This document shows, one piece after another, positions 63,631-64,000 of a DNA stretch of 64,000 bases (position 1 is the stretch's first letter; each line of letters opens with the position of its first letter). The notes under the pieces were generated by a model, which saw only the letters and a list, made by a program, of their open reading frames with translations, did no database searches and had not been told where the DNA came from. Position numbers and translations under genes: made by a program. The stretch lies in contig CDROCS010000799.1 of assembly GCA_977020255.1 (NCBI GenBank), positions 124,001-188,000 of the forward strand. The letters are read 5' to 3'. Source of the stretch: Obrimoposthia wandeli. Its lineage: Eukaryota.

Positions 63631-64000
63631 TGTAAAATACCGAAAATCAAATCTATGTAGTCTCAATCTGTCTTCTCAAATCGCAATCGGGCCGATTATT
63701 TTAGTTTAATAAAATTTGCCATTTAAATTATTAATATTGCTTTGATAAACCTTTGTCCCTGACCATTAGTATCACATTGTTAAATTCGGCAAACGAGTTG
63801 GCCAGATCCATTCAGATCCAAAACCAATAACACAAGAAAATGTTTCAGAAAGATTTTCTTGAACCTTCTTAGCAGTGTGCGGAGGAGCTTCATATTGCAT
63901 AAATATAGTTTAACAAGAAGCCAAATGATCTTCAAGGTTTCTATAATTTTCTTGGCTAAAATTCTTATCTCGAGGACGAATCAAAATTGGACAAACAAAC

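Overview
AT-rich eukaryotic (metazoan) genomic DNA with very short spliceosomal introns (28-48 nt). That intron size suggests a compact invertebrate genome such as an orthonectid, which is inference only. Three host genes are recognisable, all on the minus strand: a TGN38/KCT2-like type I membrane protein with tandemly duplicated exons, mRpL54, and a GLMP/NCU-G1-like lysosomal membrane protein. The rest is a dense transposon graveyard: three Gypsy remnants, nested solo LTRs with TSDs, BEL, piggyBac, Chapaev3 and hAT fragments, and two copies of a type I hammerhead-ribozyme repeat. The main object is a nearly intact ~12 kb Polinton/Maverick (adintovirus-like) element at 48961-61179. It carries pPolB, ATPase, integrase, penton, hexon and protease, plus an unusual TBP-like gene. 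A second, divergent and decayed Polinton (40962-47789) also has a TBP-like gene, together with IAP and pseudophosphatase cargo. In both elements the TBP-like gene sits behind a canonical TATA box. Most packaging and structural genes instead carry the variant TATAAACA 32-53 nt upstream of their ATG. This suggests a self-encoded TBP / late-promoter transcription switch (hypothesis). All identifications are from motif recognition by eye; no database searches were run.
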